Positions 52,040-64,000 of a stretch of 64,000 nt of DNA are shown here, one piece after another. Position 1 is the stretch's first letter. The number at the start of each line of letters is the position of its first letter. The position numbers were made by a program, and so were the translations under genes. The DNA is taken from the NCBI RefSeq assembly GCF_030684315.1, contig NC_081358.1, forward strand, positions 98,476,756 through 98,540,755, written 5' to 3'. The DNA is from Stegostoma tigrinum (Eukaryota). The notes beneath the pieces are model-generated. The model did not search any database and had not been told where the DNA came from. It was given only the letters and a program-made list of their open reading frames with translations.

Positions 52040-53990
52040 GGCAAATTACTGCAGATGCTGGAATCTGTACTGAAAGCAACAGATGCCAGAGAGCACAGTA
52101 AGTCAGGCAGCACCCATGGAATGAGATACAACTAATGTTTCAAATTTGGATGACTCTTCATCAGACCAAAGTGAAGTATGAAGGGGGCACCATTTATGCT
52201 ATAGTTGGGGGGGTGGTGATGGAGTGTAAGGTGCTGGTGGAGAAAAGAGGTTGATAGTTTAGATTAAGTGATTGAAATGTGAGAATAGCAGAACAATGGT
52301 GTGCCTACCTGCCAGACTTGAAAGAGAAAACAGTCCCAGAGGGTTGGGGGATGGCAGAGAGGACATAGTGACAGCTAATGTAACAACTAAAGCTAAAAGA
52401 AAGTGAAGAAATATAAGAGATAATAGGAACTGCAAATGCTGGGGAACCTGAGATAACAAGATGTGGAGCTGGATGAACACAGCAGACCAAGCAACATCTT
52501 AGGAGCAGGAAAGCTTGTGTTTCGGGCCTAGACCCTTCATCAGAAATGTGAGTTGGTTCACAATTTGAAGGTGTCGAACTCAACATTAAGTCTAGAAGGC
52601 TATAAAGCACCTTGTCTGAAGATGAAACATTGTTGTTCCAGTTCATGCTGTGATTCACTGGAGCACTGCAGCATTCTGAGGACAGACAAGTGGGCATGCA
52701 ACCAGGATGCAGTGTTAAGATGACCAGCTATGAGAATGTCAGGGTCAAGCTTGCGTACAGACCGAATGTGTTCGGCAAAGCAGTCACCCAGTTTGCATTT
52801 GGGTTTTTCCAATGGTGCAGTGAATACAATACACAAGATTGGAGGAGGTACAGGTGAAGTGTTGCTTCTCCTAGAAAGATTGTGTAGGCTCTTGGATGGT
52901 AAGCAGGGAGGAAGTGAAGGGGCAGCTTATATGGGATGATGCCGTGGGAACAGGGGAGGTTGGTGGTTGTGGAATGGATGAGGTGTCCTGGAGGGAACAA
53001 TCCCTGTAAAATGCAGGCAGGGGGAGTGAGGAGGGAGATGTATTTGGTGGTAGCATTCTGCTGGTGTTATTTGAAAGGCTGAGAATGGTTCTTTGAGTGT
53101 GGTGGCTGGTGGGATGAAAAGTGAGGGCAAGGGGATCTGTTGTGAGTAATGAGAAGGGGCAAGGGCAGAAGTACGGGTGATAAGTTGGATGTGGTTGGGG
53201 GGGCCTGTCAACCACAGTGGCAGGAAACCACGGTTGTGGAAGAAACAAGCCATGACAGCCGCATTGTTTTCGAAGGTGGCATCATCCGAACAGGTGCAAC
53301 TTAGGAAAAGGAATGGGAAGAATGGGACGGACTCCTTGCAAAACATTGGGTGTGATCTGCTGTACTGAAGGTAGCTATGGGAATCAGTGGCTTTGTAGAG
53401 GATGGCAGTGGACAGTTTATTCCCCGAAATGGAGACAGAAAGGTCAAAGAATGGATGGGAAATGTTAGAATTGGATGATATGAAAGTTATAGAGGGGTAG
53501 AAATTGGGAGGCAAAATAAACAGATTTTTCCAGGTCACAGTGGAAACATGAAGCAGCACTGAGAAAAGAGTTGTGGGAGGGGGCCAGTGTATGACTGGAA
53601 CAAGGATTGTTCCACATACCCCAAAAAGAGGCAGGCATAACTGAGACCCATGTGGGTGCCCATAGCCACTCCTTTGATTTGGCAGAAGTGAGATGAATTA
53701 AAAGGAATAATTGTTCAGTGAGACAATAAGTTCAGGCAGAGGAGAGTGATGGTGAACAGAGATTGTTCAGCCCTCTGGTTGAGGAAAAAGCCGAGACCTC
53801 TCAGACCATCCTGATAGGGATGGAGATATAGTGGGATTGGACTTTCATGATGAAGAGGAGGCAGTTAGGGCCAGGGAACTGGAAATTGTCAATATGTTGG
53901 AGGGCATCAGACGAATTGTGGATGTAGGTGGGCAGGGTCTGGACAAGTGGAGAGAGGAATTAGTCAAGGCAGGAAGAAATGAGCTTGGTG
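52040..53990 (-). mobile_element. Decayed Penelope-like element (separate family) with nested 3'-end fragment at ~52417-52545
   Basis: ORFs KCKLGDCFAEHIRSVRK..GHLNT (GIY-YIG) and ILYKATDSHSYLQYSRSHP..KESVPF (RT thumb); hammerhead-like CTGATGAAGAGTC..GAAAC on minus strand at ~52136-52164. Confidence 0.85.
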
Positions 53991-56689
53991 GGGTAGGAAC
54001 AGGTTGAACTGGCTTGTGGTTTAAACTGATTTTTGTTCCAGAGAGATAGGAATGAAATGCCACCCACCCTGTTGGCACACCAACTTTTGACACATCATAG
54101 TTGACTGTGGAGACTGGCAAGTGATGTGATGTGCCCATTTCTCTAGGGCTTCATTGTAGTTATTTTAGAAGCTGTAGGGCTCTCATCCTTCACACCCCAT
54201 CCACTGCCCCTCATCACTTCATGGCACCTCATGTCCCCACCTCCATGTTACCTCACACCTCCATGCTCTCCATGCCAATGCATGACTCCACCCATTCCCC
54301 ATGCCCCTTCGTATCTTCATGCCACCTACATGATACCTTTTACCCACATCATTCCCACTAACCCGATATTCACAAAGGCAGACCTCAGGATCCCTGTGGA
54401 GATGAAGAAGAAAACCTTCTAACAATTTCAAGGAGCTCTCAATCATACATGCTTCATATAGGCGAAGAAAATCTCATTCCTGAAACCCAATCTAATATTA
54501 TAAATCGTCTCAAGGATACATCTGTTACAAACAAACAAATTTCATTCAGCAACTGCATTAAAGACAGTTGATTGTTTCCAATTATACCTCAACCAGGACA
54601 GGAAAAAGACATGCAGTGGTAACATTATTCAGAACTACACAATAGCCATCTAGCCAAATGAGTTAATTGGTTCTGTAATCTGTTCACAGCCTCTTTAAAT
54701 CATCAATAAAAATGTGATGTTAGCCTAATCTTTCTTTTAACTGTTAAAACTCACCCAAGCATTCATAATGTTGTCAGCTACAATTCAAGCTCTTGGAAAA
54801 TGGCAACAATTGACTCCATTGGAATCGCAAGAACAGATGGTATTTTGTTTTCCAGCCTGCACCCTACAATCTTCTAGAAACCAGTGATTCGTTTTCAAAG
54901 TAACACAGTGTGAAGCTGGATGAACACAGCAGGCCAAGCAGCATCTCAGGAGCACAAAAGATTACTTTTCGGGCCTCCGTGTGATTTATGCCAGACCTCC
55001 TTCACCTGCAGTAAAATTGGAATTACAGAAGTATAGAAGTATAGTATACCTCTTTCCTTTGTTCATCAGGCCTACACTGGATGTCAATAACCCAAAGCAA
55101 TTCTAACAACAGAATGTACCCAATGTTATTTATTAAAGGAAAATATAGTACAAAAATACTGCAAAAAAAACTTTCCTGTATGTTGCTTACAACTACAAAT
55201 GAGCCCTTTTACATGGACAAGTCCAAAAATTAGACCAGATCAGAAGATCAGCCCAGTCCATTTCAACTTCTTGTCATTGATCAATTGACTTCCTTGAGCT
55301 AACTACATTTTTGCTGTGAGCTAAGCTGTCTTATACTATTTCCATACCAAGAAGCTGTAGATCCAGCTATACAGCCTCCAGCAATTGATAAGTTTGGCCA
55401 CTGGCAAATGTCACAAATTTTTGTAATGTTTTCCAAACTGGTTTGATCAATTAACTCAATAAGACTTGCTTGTGGCTCCTTGAAAAGATGCTTATCTCTC
55501 ACCTTCTATGAACTTTGACTGTGGCTTGCGCTGGCTGTTCACCACTTTTACTTCATCCACTGAACTGTATGATATTTACACAGCACAATACCAGGATATT
55601 TGCATATTCAGCTGATGAATAGTTCATGTGATTGCACCTGATTCACTGTATGTGTTTTAAAACTTTAGCTTTACTATGTCAGTTCAGTCCATTACTGCTG
55701 GGTGACACGGCTTGATGTAAATAAACAAACACATGGGTTTGGGGATGCCACCACCAGGCATGATTAGGTTGCCATCTACCTCCAGGTCCACTGCCTCCAT
55801 GACTGGAGCATTCCATCTCAAAGCTGATACTAAACAAAGTCTATAAGACCATGACATGTAGGAGCAAAAGTAGACCATTCAGATCATCAATCCACTCAAT
55901 GTGATCAGATAATCTTCAACTCCCACTATCCTGCCTTTTCCCTAGAACACTTGACTCCCTTACTGATTAAACATCTGACTAACTCAGTTTAGAACCTACT
56001 TAACAACCCAGCCTCAGAAGCTGTCTACAGTAAAGAATTCCATACATTTACCACCCACTGAAAGAAGAAATCCCTCCTCTTTTCTGGCCTCATGAGGCAA
56101 TCAGTTTTTCTGAGATAATGCTCTCAGGTCCAAGACTCTCCCACCAAATTGTCTGCAATTGTCTCTCAAGCCCCCTAAGAATCATAGAATTCTTACATTT
56201 TAGACAAGACCACTTGACCCATCAAATTTGCTCTGATCCTCCAAAGACCATCCCACCCAGACACACCACCCCCACCCCGCACCCTCTCAGACATATTTTA
56301 CATGAAGTTTACATTCCCTCCAACTACACAGGAGTGCCTCAAGTCCTTGAAGTCAGCAGTGACTACATGATCACCTGGCTCAGGTTAAAGCCAAGACTCT
56401 TGTTTGGGTGAAGTTTCAGCTCATACCAGCATGTTTTGTTTAAAATGAATACTGATAATTTGAGCAAATCTACAGCAACATCTTAAACTCGTTGAAAAAC
56501 TCCCACGTTGTTTTCATTCTTTATCGAGTACATGGGTAATAAAATACATCTGATAATTCCGACTGCACAGGTGTAATAGCAATAAAATATTCTCACATTT
56601 ATAATTCTCTATTTTTGTTGAATCAGTACTGTTTGAATCAAACTGTGAGACATGGTGTGTGGTAATTTCATGGAACTACTAATTCAGAA

Positions 56690-58553
56690 TAACAAAGTGT
56701 GGAGCTGGATGAGCAACAGCAGGCCAAGCAGCATCTTAGGAGCACAAAAGCTGACGTTTTGGGCCGAGATCCTTCATCAGAAAAGAGCTGGGGGGGCAGA
56801 GGGTTCTGAACTAAATAGGGAGGGAGGGGGAGGTGGATCGAAGGTGGGTAGACGAGAAGATAGGTGGAGAGGAGACAGACAAGTTAAAGGGGTGGGGATG
56901 GAGCCAGTAGAGGTGAGTGTAGGTAGGGAGGAGATCGGTCAGTCCAGGGAGGACAGACAGGACAAGGGGCCGGGATGAGGTTAGTAGGTAGGAAATGGGG
57001 GTGCGTGGCTTGAGGTGGGAGGAGTGGATAGATAGATGAGAGGAAGAATAGGTTAGGGAGGCGGGGACGAGCTGGGCTGGTTTTGGGACGCAGTGGGTGG
57101 GGGGGTAGATTTTGAAGCTTGTGAAATCCACATTGATACCATTGGTATCAGGGTTTGCAAGCGGAATATGAGTTGTTGTTCCTACAACCTTCAGGTGACA
57201 TCGTCGTGGCACTGCAGGAGGCCCAGGATGGACATATTGTCCAAGGAATGGGAGGGGGTGTTGAAATAGTTCATGACTGGGAAGTGCAGTTGTTTACTGC
57301 GAACTGAGCAAAGGTGTTCTGCAAAGCGGTCCCCAAGCCTCCGCTTGGTTTCCCCAATGTAAAGGAAGCCGCAACGGGAGCAGGGGATGCAGTATACCAC
57401 ACTGGCAGATGTGCAGGTGAACATCTACTTGATGTGGGAAGTCTTCTTGGGGCCTGGGATGGGGGTGAGGGAGAAGGTGTGGGGGCAAGGGTAGCACTTC
57501 CTGCAGTAGCGAGTTTTGAGAAGTTTACAGTTTACAGTTGCAGGGGAAAGTGCCAGGTGTGCTGGGGTTGGAGGGGAGTGTGGAGCGGACAAGGGAGTCC
57601 CGGAGAGAGTGGTCTCTCTGGAAAGCAGACAAAGGTAGGGATGGAGAAATGTCTTTGGTGGTGGGGTCGGATTGCAGATGGCGGAAGTGTTGGAAGATGA
57701 TGCGTTGGATCCGGAGGTTGGTGGGGAGGTACAGGAGGACAAGGGGGTTTCTCTTTTGGCGGTTATTGCGGGGACGGGGTGTGAGACATGAGTTGTGGGA
57801 AATGTGGGAGACATGGTCAAGGGCGTTCTCAACCACTGCAGACGGGGCGTAGTTGCTGTCCTTGAAAAACGAGGACAACTGAGATATACGGGAGTGGAAT
57901 GCCTCATCCTGGGACCAGATGCGGTGGAGGTGAAGGAATTGGGAATAGGGGATGGAATTTTTGCAGGAAGGTGGGTGGGAGGAAGTGTATTCTAGGTAGC
58001 TGTGGGAGTCAGTGGGCTTGAAAGGGATATCGGTTTCTAGGTGGTTGCCTGAGATGGAGACAGAGAGGTCTGGGAAGGTGAGGGATGTGTTGGAGATGGT
58101 CCAGGTGAACTTAAGGTTGGGGTGGAAGGTGTTGGTGAAGTGGATGAACTATTCGAGCTCCTCTTGGGAGCATGAGGTGGCGCCGATACAGTCAATGTTA
58201 TGGAGGAAGAAGTGGGGTTTAGAGTCATTGTAGGTACGGAAGAGGGATTGTTCCATGTAACTTACAAAGAGGCAGACTTGGCTTGGGCCCATGTGGGTAC
58301 TGGCTCCATCCCCGCCTCTTTAACTTGTCTGTCTCATCTCCACCTATCTTCTCCTCTATTCATCTTCTTTCCGCCTTCCCCTCTCTCCCTATTTATTTCA
58401 GAACCCTCTCCCCCTCCCCCTTTTCTGATGAAGGGTCTCAGCCTAAAACATCAGTTTTTGTGCTCCTAAGATGCTGCTTAGCCTGCTGTGTTCATCCAGC
58501 TCCACACTTTGTTATCTCGGATCTCCAGCATCTGCAGTTCCCATTATCTCTGA
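56690..58553 (-). mobile_element. Penelope-like element with inverted 3' repeat at ~58298-58553 and 13-bp TSD
   Basis: VVYCIPCSRCGFLYIGETKRRLGDRFAEHL (GIY-YIG) and RT remnants; tactaattcagaa at 56677-56689 and 58554-58566. Confidence 0.92.
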
Positions 58554-60374
58554 TACTAATTCAGAAGCTTGGTTTAGTGCTATGGGGTAATGGGTTCAAA
58601 TCAGTCACTGTAGTTAGTGGGATTCAGTTGGTTAAAAGGAAAAATATGAAAGTTAATTTCGATAATAATGCCGGTAAATTATAATTGTTGTAAAGAGACA
58701 TTCAGTTTTCTGCTGTCCATTGGAGAAGGAAATCTGCTATCCTTACCTGTTCCAACCTACATTTGACTGTAGGCTCACAGCACTGCAGTTGACTCTCAGC
58801 TGCCTCCTCTCAGTTCAAAGGCAGCTACAGATTGGGGAACAAATGCCAGGCTCGCCAACAATGCCACATCCTGGGAAAGAAAATGAATAAGTTAAAGCTT
58901 AAATATTTACATTTGAGCATTTTTGCAGGAGTGTGATCTCAATTCTGACAATGGCCCACGTGCTGAGCCTGGGTGCAAGTACAGAAATTGGGATTCCGGC
59001 ACTGTTTTTGAATATTGAATATTCTTTTTTGTCATGTACATTAAAAAAATTCAGTGAAAATTGTGTATTGATGCTTCTATATAGGCACCATTCACAGAAC
59101 AAAATAAAGTAAGATAACTTAAAGAGAGTCCAACTTTCTTCTTTGCTGCTGTACCACCACGAGAGTCTTAATGTGGACTGTCCAGCCCATGCTATGTCGC
59201 CAAGAGTGTCCTGCTCCGGGCTACACTTGTCTGTGCTATGCCTGTGTCAGGGGCCTACTCCATTTGGAAAATGGGAGCCCCGCTCCAGGCCGAATGACTG
59301 ACTCAGCCTCTGAAAAATGCCACCGCCGCTACGATGCCCATCCCTGATCCAAACACACCGGCCTAATCCTTGGCCTGAGGACAACAACACCCAGACCAAT
59401 CCCCCAGAGCTCCATTTATTGAGCCCTGACTGCCACCAGTGCATTCCACTGTCCTAGATCTGACTCTCATTAGCTTTCATAGTGATTTTGAAAGATGGTC
59501 TTTATTATTTATTCTTAATATATGAGCATTGCTACCCAGATCAGCATTTGTTGTCCAAGATGCATTTGATATATGGACATCTGTTTCTCAAAAGGTTCTA
59601 ATAATTGTTTATTATTGATAGAGAGCCCTACTGTGTGACTCTTGGTAAACACTGCCTAGATTAGGGTTACATTGGTAACATTATCATACATGAACATGAG
59701 ATAAAGAACAAATCTCACTAACTGACAATTTGCCTGTCAGCTTAAAGGATTTTATTACCTATAATTTAAGCTTTCAAACACTCTATTTTTTCTATAAGGA
59801 TACATGTCCAGACAATTGTATTGCCGTGGCTTTTTCAAGGTCATGATGCATTTCATTTCTTTTAATTTTGTTTCCAGAGATGCTTTTAAGCAGCTCTGAA
59901 TGCGCAGGTGGAGTCTTATAATGGACATAAAATCCCAGTAAGCTTCTTTAATTGTCCTTAAGTTGCTTTTAACAAAAAAAAAATCAGCTGCCAGCATATC
60001 CCAATCACATCTCCGGAAAAATAGCCTGGTGTTAGAATGAAATGACCACCCTGGGGTATGATATTTAGTTCCATTCGTAGCCCTGGTTTTAACAAGATCC
60101 TGCCTCTCTCATCTTTTCGTCTACACTTTCCAATTCTGGGTCTTGCAATTGGCTGTTTGCTTAGTTTCCTGTCTTCACCTGATTGAATCTACACTCTACC
60201 AGGCTTATACATTTCTTCCATTCTGTTTGAATGCTCAATATGACATGGCCAGATAGGAATAGTGTGACAATGACAGCTTAGACCATAAGACATAGGAGCA
60301 GAAATTAGGCCATTTGGCCCATCAAGCCAGCTCCACCATTGGTTAGCCATCCATGTTTACAAGGAATAAAATTA

Positions 60375-60650
60375 GAATTAGAATCCCTAGAGTGTGGAAA
60401 CAGGCCCTTCGACCTGACAAGTCCACACTGAACTCCAGAGCATCCCACCTAGACCCATCCCCCTAATCTACACCTCCCTGAACACTATGGGCAATTCAAC
60501 ACAGCCAATCCACCTAACCTGCTGTGGGAGGAAACCCATGCAAACACAGGGAAAATGTGCAAACTCCACACAAACAAACTGTCACCTGAGGCTGGAATTG
60601 AACCTAGGTCCCTGGTGCTGTGAGGCAGCAGTGCTAACCACTGTGCCACT
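60375..60650 (-). mobile_element. HE1-like SINE
   Basis: Head GGCACAGTGGTTAGCACTGCTGCCTCACAGCACCAGGGACCTAGGTTCAATTCC; similar to 33025-33352. Confidence 0.8.
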
Positions 60651-62069
60651 AGCCAAGAGTATGTTGAAGTAGTAAAATCTGGAGTTAATAAATTGAGATT
60701 TCAGTGCAAAATAAGCTGAGGCAGAGACAGAGTCAGAGTCAGAGTCTTGCCATTTTAGAGAAATGGAAATGAAGAGTTTTCATGATGCTGTGGTTCTGAA
60801 GTTGGAGGGCTATCTTGGGAATAAATATGATGTTCTAAACAGTAAATTCAGCCTTGAATCAATGGTGTTCAATAGACATTGATGAATTAATCAACTTTTA
60901 CACATCAACACGGTTTTTCCTTCCCATTCTGAAATCAATGCAAGGAAAATTGGTAATTATATATAATAAGTGGCGATCTAATTTCACAGTTGCCAATAGT
61001 TAAAATTATCCTTAATAATGATGTTTTGCTCCCTACCAATGGAACAAGGCTCACATCATATGACTGAAATAGTAGGATTTTAAGCTTTATACAGCTAAGC
61101 ACAATTTACAAACAAATATTTTCTCATTATTGTATAGTTACCCTCAATACAGCTCCATCAGTTGTAAAAGGGAGGCAGAAAGAGACATCAGAGGTGAGAG
61201 ATGAAGTCAGTGATTTCCATTGTCTTTAGTACTACTGGATAAGTACTTTCCCAGGTAGTTTGTCGCCATGTGCAAGCATCCATGTGAGTCATCCATTGTG
61301 TAATTGCACTGCAATAGATGCCTTATCATCAAGAGAAAAGAAATTCGAGCTAAATAGGCATTAAGTATTGCAAAAAAACATTTTATTGGAGCTTTCTATC
61401 TTCCGCTCAGCAGAATATTTCACAAGGACAAAACCAACATTGATACTACATTTAGAACTAGCATTGAAAGGCTCTAACAGAAACATTTTGTATGCAAGAA
61501 CTTGCAGGGCATCCATCTGTAAGAGCAAAGTGCTAACTGGTTAGCAAGTGGACTTCAGTTGGTAGAGACATTGACTGCACCTGTTAATGCTGATTGACAG
61601 TTAGGCTTTGTTAAATGTTAAACAGGTTGGCTTTGATTGATTAAGCTATTGCCCTAAGAGATGAACCAGCAAATGACCGTCACCAATTGTAAGTTAAAAC
61701 AGGCACAATGCATATGTTTCTGTAAAGAACAGGCCCTTTCTATTAATGTGTATAGCTTCAAAATTACACGTATTTGGGGTCAACTGACAATCTTAACTTC
61801 ATTGTCAACATAGTTCTTCTGTCTTTTTCCAATAAAACTATCAAACAGAGTTTATCGATGTCTGTGTCAGTAAAATCTTATCTGCTGTCATCCAATTTTC
61901 CTGCTCTTTCAAAATTAAGATCAAAAATTACTGGAAAACCTCAGTAGGTTATGCAGCATCTGAGGAGAAAGAAACTGATCTAACTGGCAGAACCTGGTAA
62001 GGTCTGAGGCTTGTGAGTTGTGGTGAGATTTGTGGCAGAATCAGGTGAGAAGTCCATTTAGGCTATCTC

Positions 62070-62497
62070 CCCCCCGACTCCCCTGGTGATATGTCTATCC
62101 TTGACGTCCTCCACTGCCAGAGTGAGGCCAAATTCAAACTGAAGGAACAACTTGTCATATTTCATCAGGGGAACTTACAGCCAAATGACCTGAATAATGA
62201 CTTCACCAGCTTTAAAATCTCTCCTCCCACAACCTGTCCATCTTCTGACTCACCTATCTGCTCCACACTTCCCACTGACCAGCCACAATAATAACGCCCT
62301 ACCTGCATCCACCTACCCTGCCGCACCCTCCCTGCTATTTATTTCTGAGCTTCCCTCGCCTTCCCTAGTCCTGAAGAAGGGTTCTGACCCGAAATGTTGA
62401 CTTTCCTGCTCCTCGGATGCTGACTGACTTGCTGTGCTTTTCCAGCTCCACGTTTTTTGACGCTAGCTTCCAGCACCTGCAGTCATTTCTATCTCCA
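62070..62497 (+). mobile_element. Penelope-like 3' fragment with hammerhead-like core at ~62371-62398
   Basis: MSILDVLHCQSEAKFKLKEQLVIFHQGNLQPNDLNNDF; CTGAAGAAGGGTTCTGACCCGAAATGTT. Confidence 0.8.
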
Positions 62498-62587
62498 AGG
62501 GCTATAACAATGTCAGGAGCACCTCACATCAACTTTTATACTTTTGCCAAGTATCTCACTAGCCAGCAGTGAATTACAATCATTGTA

Positions 62588-62915
62588 TCACAGAATCTCC
62601 AGAATGTGGAAGCAGGCCATACTGACCCTCTGAAGAGCATTCCATTCAGTCTCACCCTGTCCCTGCAACCCTACATTTCCCATGGCTAATCCACCTAATC
62701 TGCATATCTTGGGTGCTATGGGCAATTTAGCATGATCAGTCCACCTAACCTGCATATTTTTGGACTGTAGAAAGAAACTGGAATATCCGGACAAAACCCA
62801 CGCAGACACAAGGAAAATGTGCAAACTCCTCACACACAGTTACCTGAGGGTGGAATTGAACCTGGGTCCCCAGTGCTGTGACACACCAGTGCTAACCATG
62901 GAGCCACCACACCAC
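62588..62915 (-). mobile_element. HE1-like SINE
   Basis: tRNA-like head and GAGTTTGCACATTTTCCTTGTGTCTGCGTGGG central domain; internal tandem duplication of atccacctaa units. Confidence 0.8.
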
Positions 62916-64000
62916 CCTGAGTTGTCAACTAAGTGAGATTTAAGCTTGATAATTGCTCAACTCACCAATCAATATTCATAGCTTACCAAATATCCAAAAC
63001 AAACTATGTATTGAGAAATCCTGGTTTGGAAAACTAGAGCAGGTAACTGGCAGATTCAGCGAGTTACTTGTTCTGAAGGACTTCCATATTGCATGGAACC
63101 AAACAGCACCTCAGGGCCCAATCCATTGGTTTTAGCTGCATACATCCCTCATCCATGGATATTTGTCAATGCCTCAACATCATAATGGCATCACTTGAAT
63201 TCAGCTTGCAGTCTGCTTAGGAACCACAGATTTATAATGCACGGTGCATAACAACTTGCATTGAAAGGCTGCAGCGAGGACACTTTGTGACAGTGAGAGA
63301 CAAGCTTTCAGCCCATGAATTGGACCAACCTACATCTCAGGGTTTTTTGCTTGATCTGTTAGCGCTCACTTATTTAACATGTACTGACATGCAGACACCA
63401 TCAGTGCCTTGCCTTGTCTGGTCTTGCCTGCTGTGTCTTGGCAGTAGACTCGTTGGCACTTCAGCCAGAGCCAAAGGCTATCAGTAGTGTTGTATTGACG
63501 AGCTCAGTTTGGGAGGAGGAGTGGGTAGGTAGTAGAGAGAGTTGTTGGTGAGGGAAGCATCTTGACATAAAACATAGAAAGGGATCAGTTTAACCACCTA
63601 CAGCATCTGCCAGCTGCTTGTGTGGAACACATGGTGCATGTGCATTCAATCAAGCTACCACGTCAGTCCAGTCAATGGGAACCATTCTCCCCTCCCTGCC
63701 CCCACACCCCCAACTATAGCATGAATGCTGCCGCCTCCACATATAAGCTCTGATGAAGAGTCGGCTAGACTCAAATGTTAGCTTGCCCTCTGTCTATGGA
63801 TGCTGCCTGATTTGCTGTGATCTCCAGCATTTGTTGTTTTCAATGAGGAGCCACTGTTGGTCAGGCTTTTCTCGTATTATCAGACATGAGCACAGTCTGC
63901 ACACTGTCCAGAGTTTGGCCATGCAGTCAACAGGTTGGGATGTTCAGCATCAAGGGCTTTGCCTGATTGCAGTTTGGGGCAAGGGCAAAGATCAGTCCTG

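Noticed and set aside
13570-58553. Many short near-identical repeats that could suggest a CRISPR-like array
   Set aside because: They are dispersed and inverted retroelement termini in eukaryotic DNA, with no regular repeat-spacer periodicity or cas genes.
55000-64000. Expected 3' exons of a neighbouring gene such as KLHL18
   Set aside because: No kelch-repeat or other recognisable coding exons were found by eye.

Overview
Eukaryotic, repeat-rich vertebrate DNA, most likely a shark (inferred from HE1-like SINEs, CR1/HER1-like LINEs and abundant Penelope-like elements). Two spliced protein-coding genes lie in tandem on the minus strand. (1) The 5' end of PTPN23 (HD-PTP): coding exons 1-3 at 20923-20840, 12583-12509 and 6978-6851, with a CpG-rich promoter carrying a CRE palindrome and a ZNF143/THAP11 motif. 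(2) A chymotrypsin-like elastase (CELA-family) zymogen gene: exons 1-7 from 49430 to 35017 with an intact His/Asp/Ser triad, plus an uncertain last exon that would add an ~80-aa tail. The ORF track misses most of these exons; they were read by hand from GT-AG sites and phase continuity. The rest is decayed transposons (CR1, REX1/Babar, RTE, Penelope-like, SINEs, a pogo-type fossil). The most striking non-gene signal is a recurrent architecture shared by several Penelope-like families: target-site duplication, fold-back arms carrying minimal hammerhead-ribozyme cores (CUGANGA...GAAAC-GUC), a ~35-40-nt unpaired tail, and a second target-site duplication. Examples include a near-perfect 220-bp palindrome at 22208-22427, two distant copies sharing one inversion junction, and one copy that captured its neighbour's flank. 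Coordinates were counted by eye; TE boundaries are approximate.
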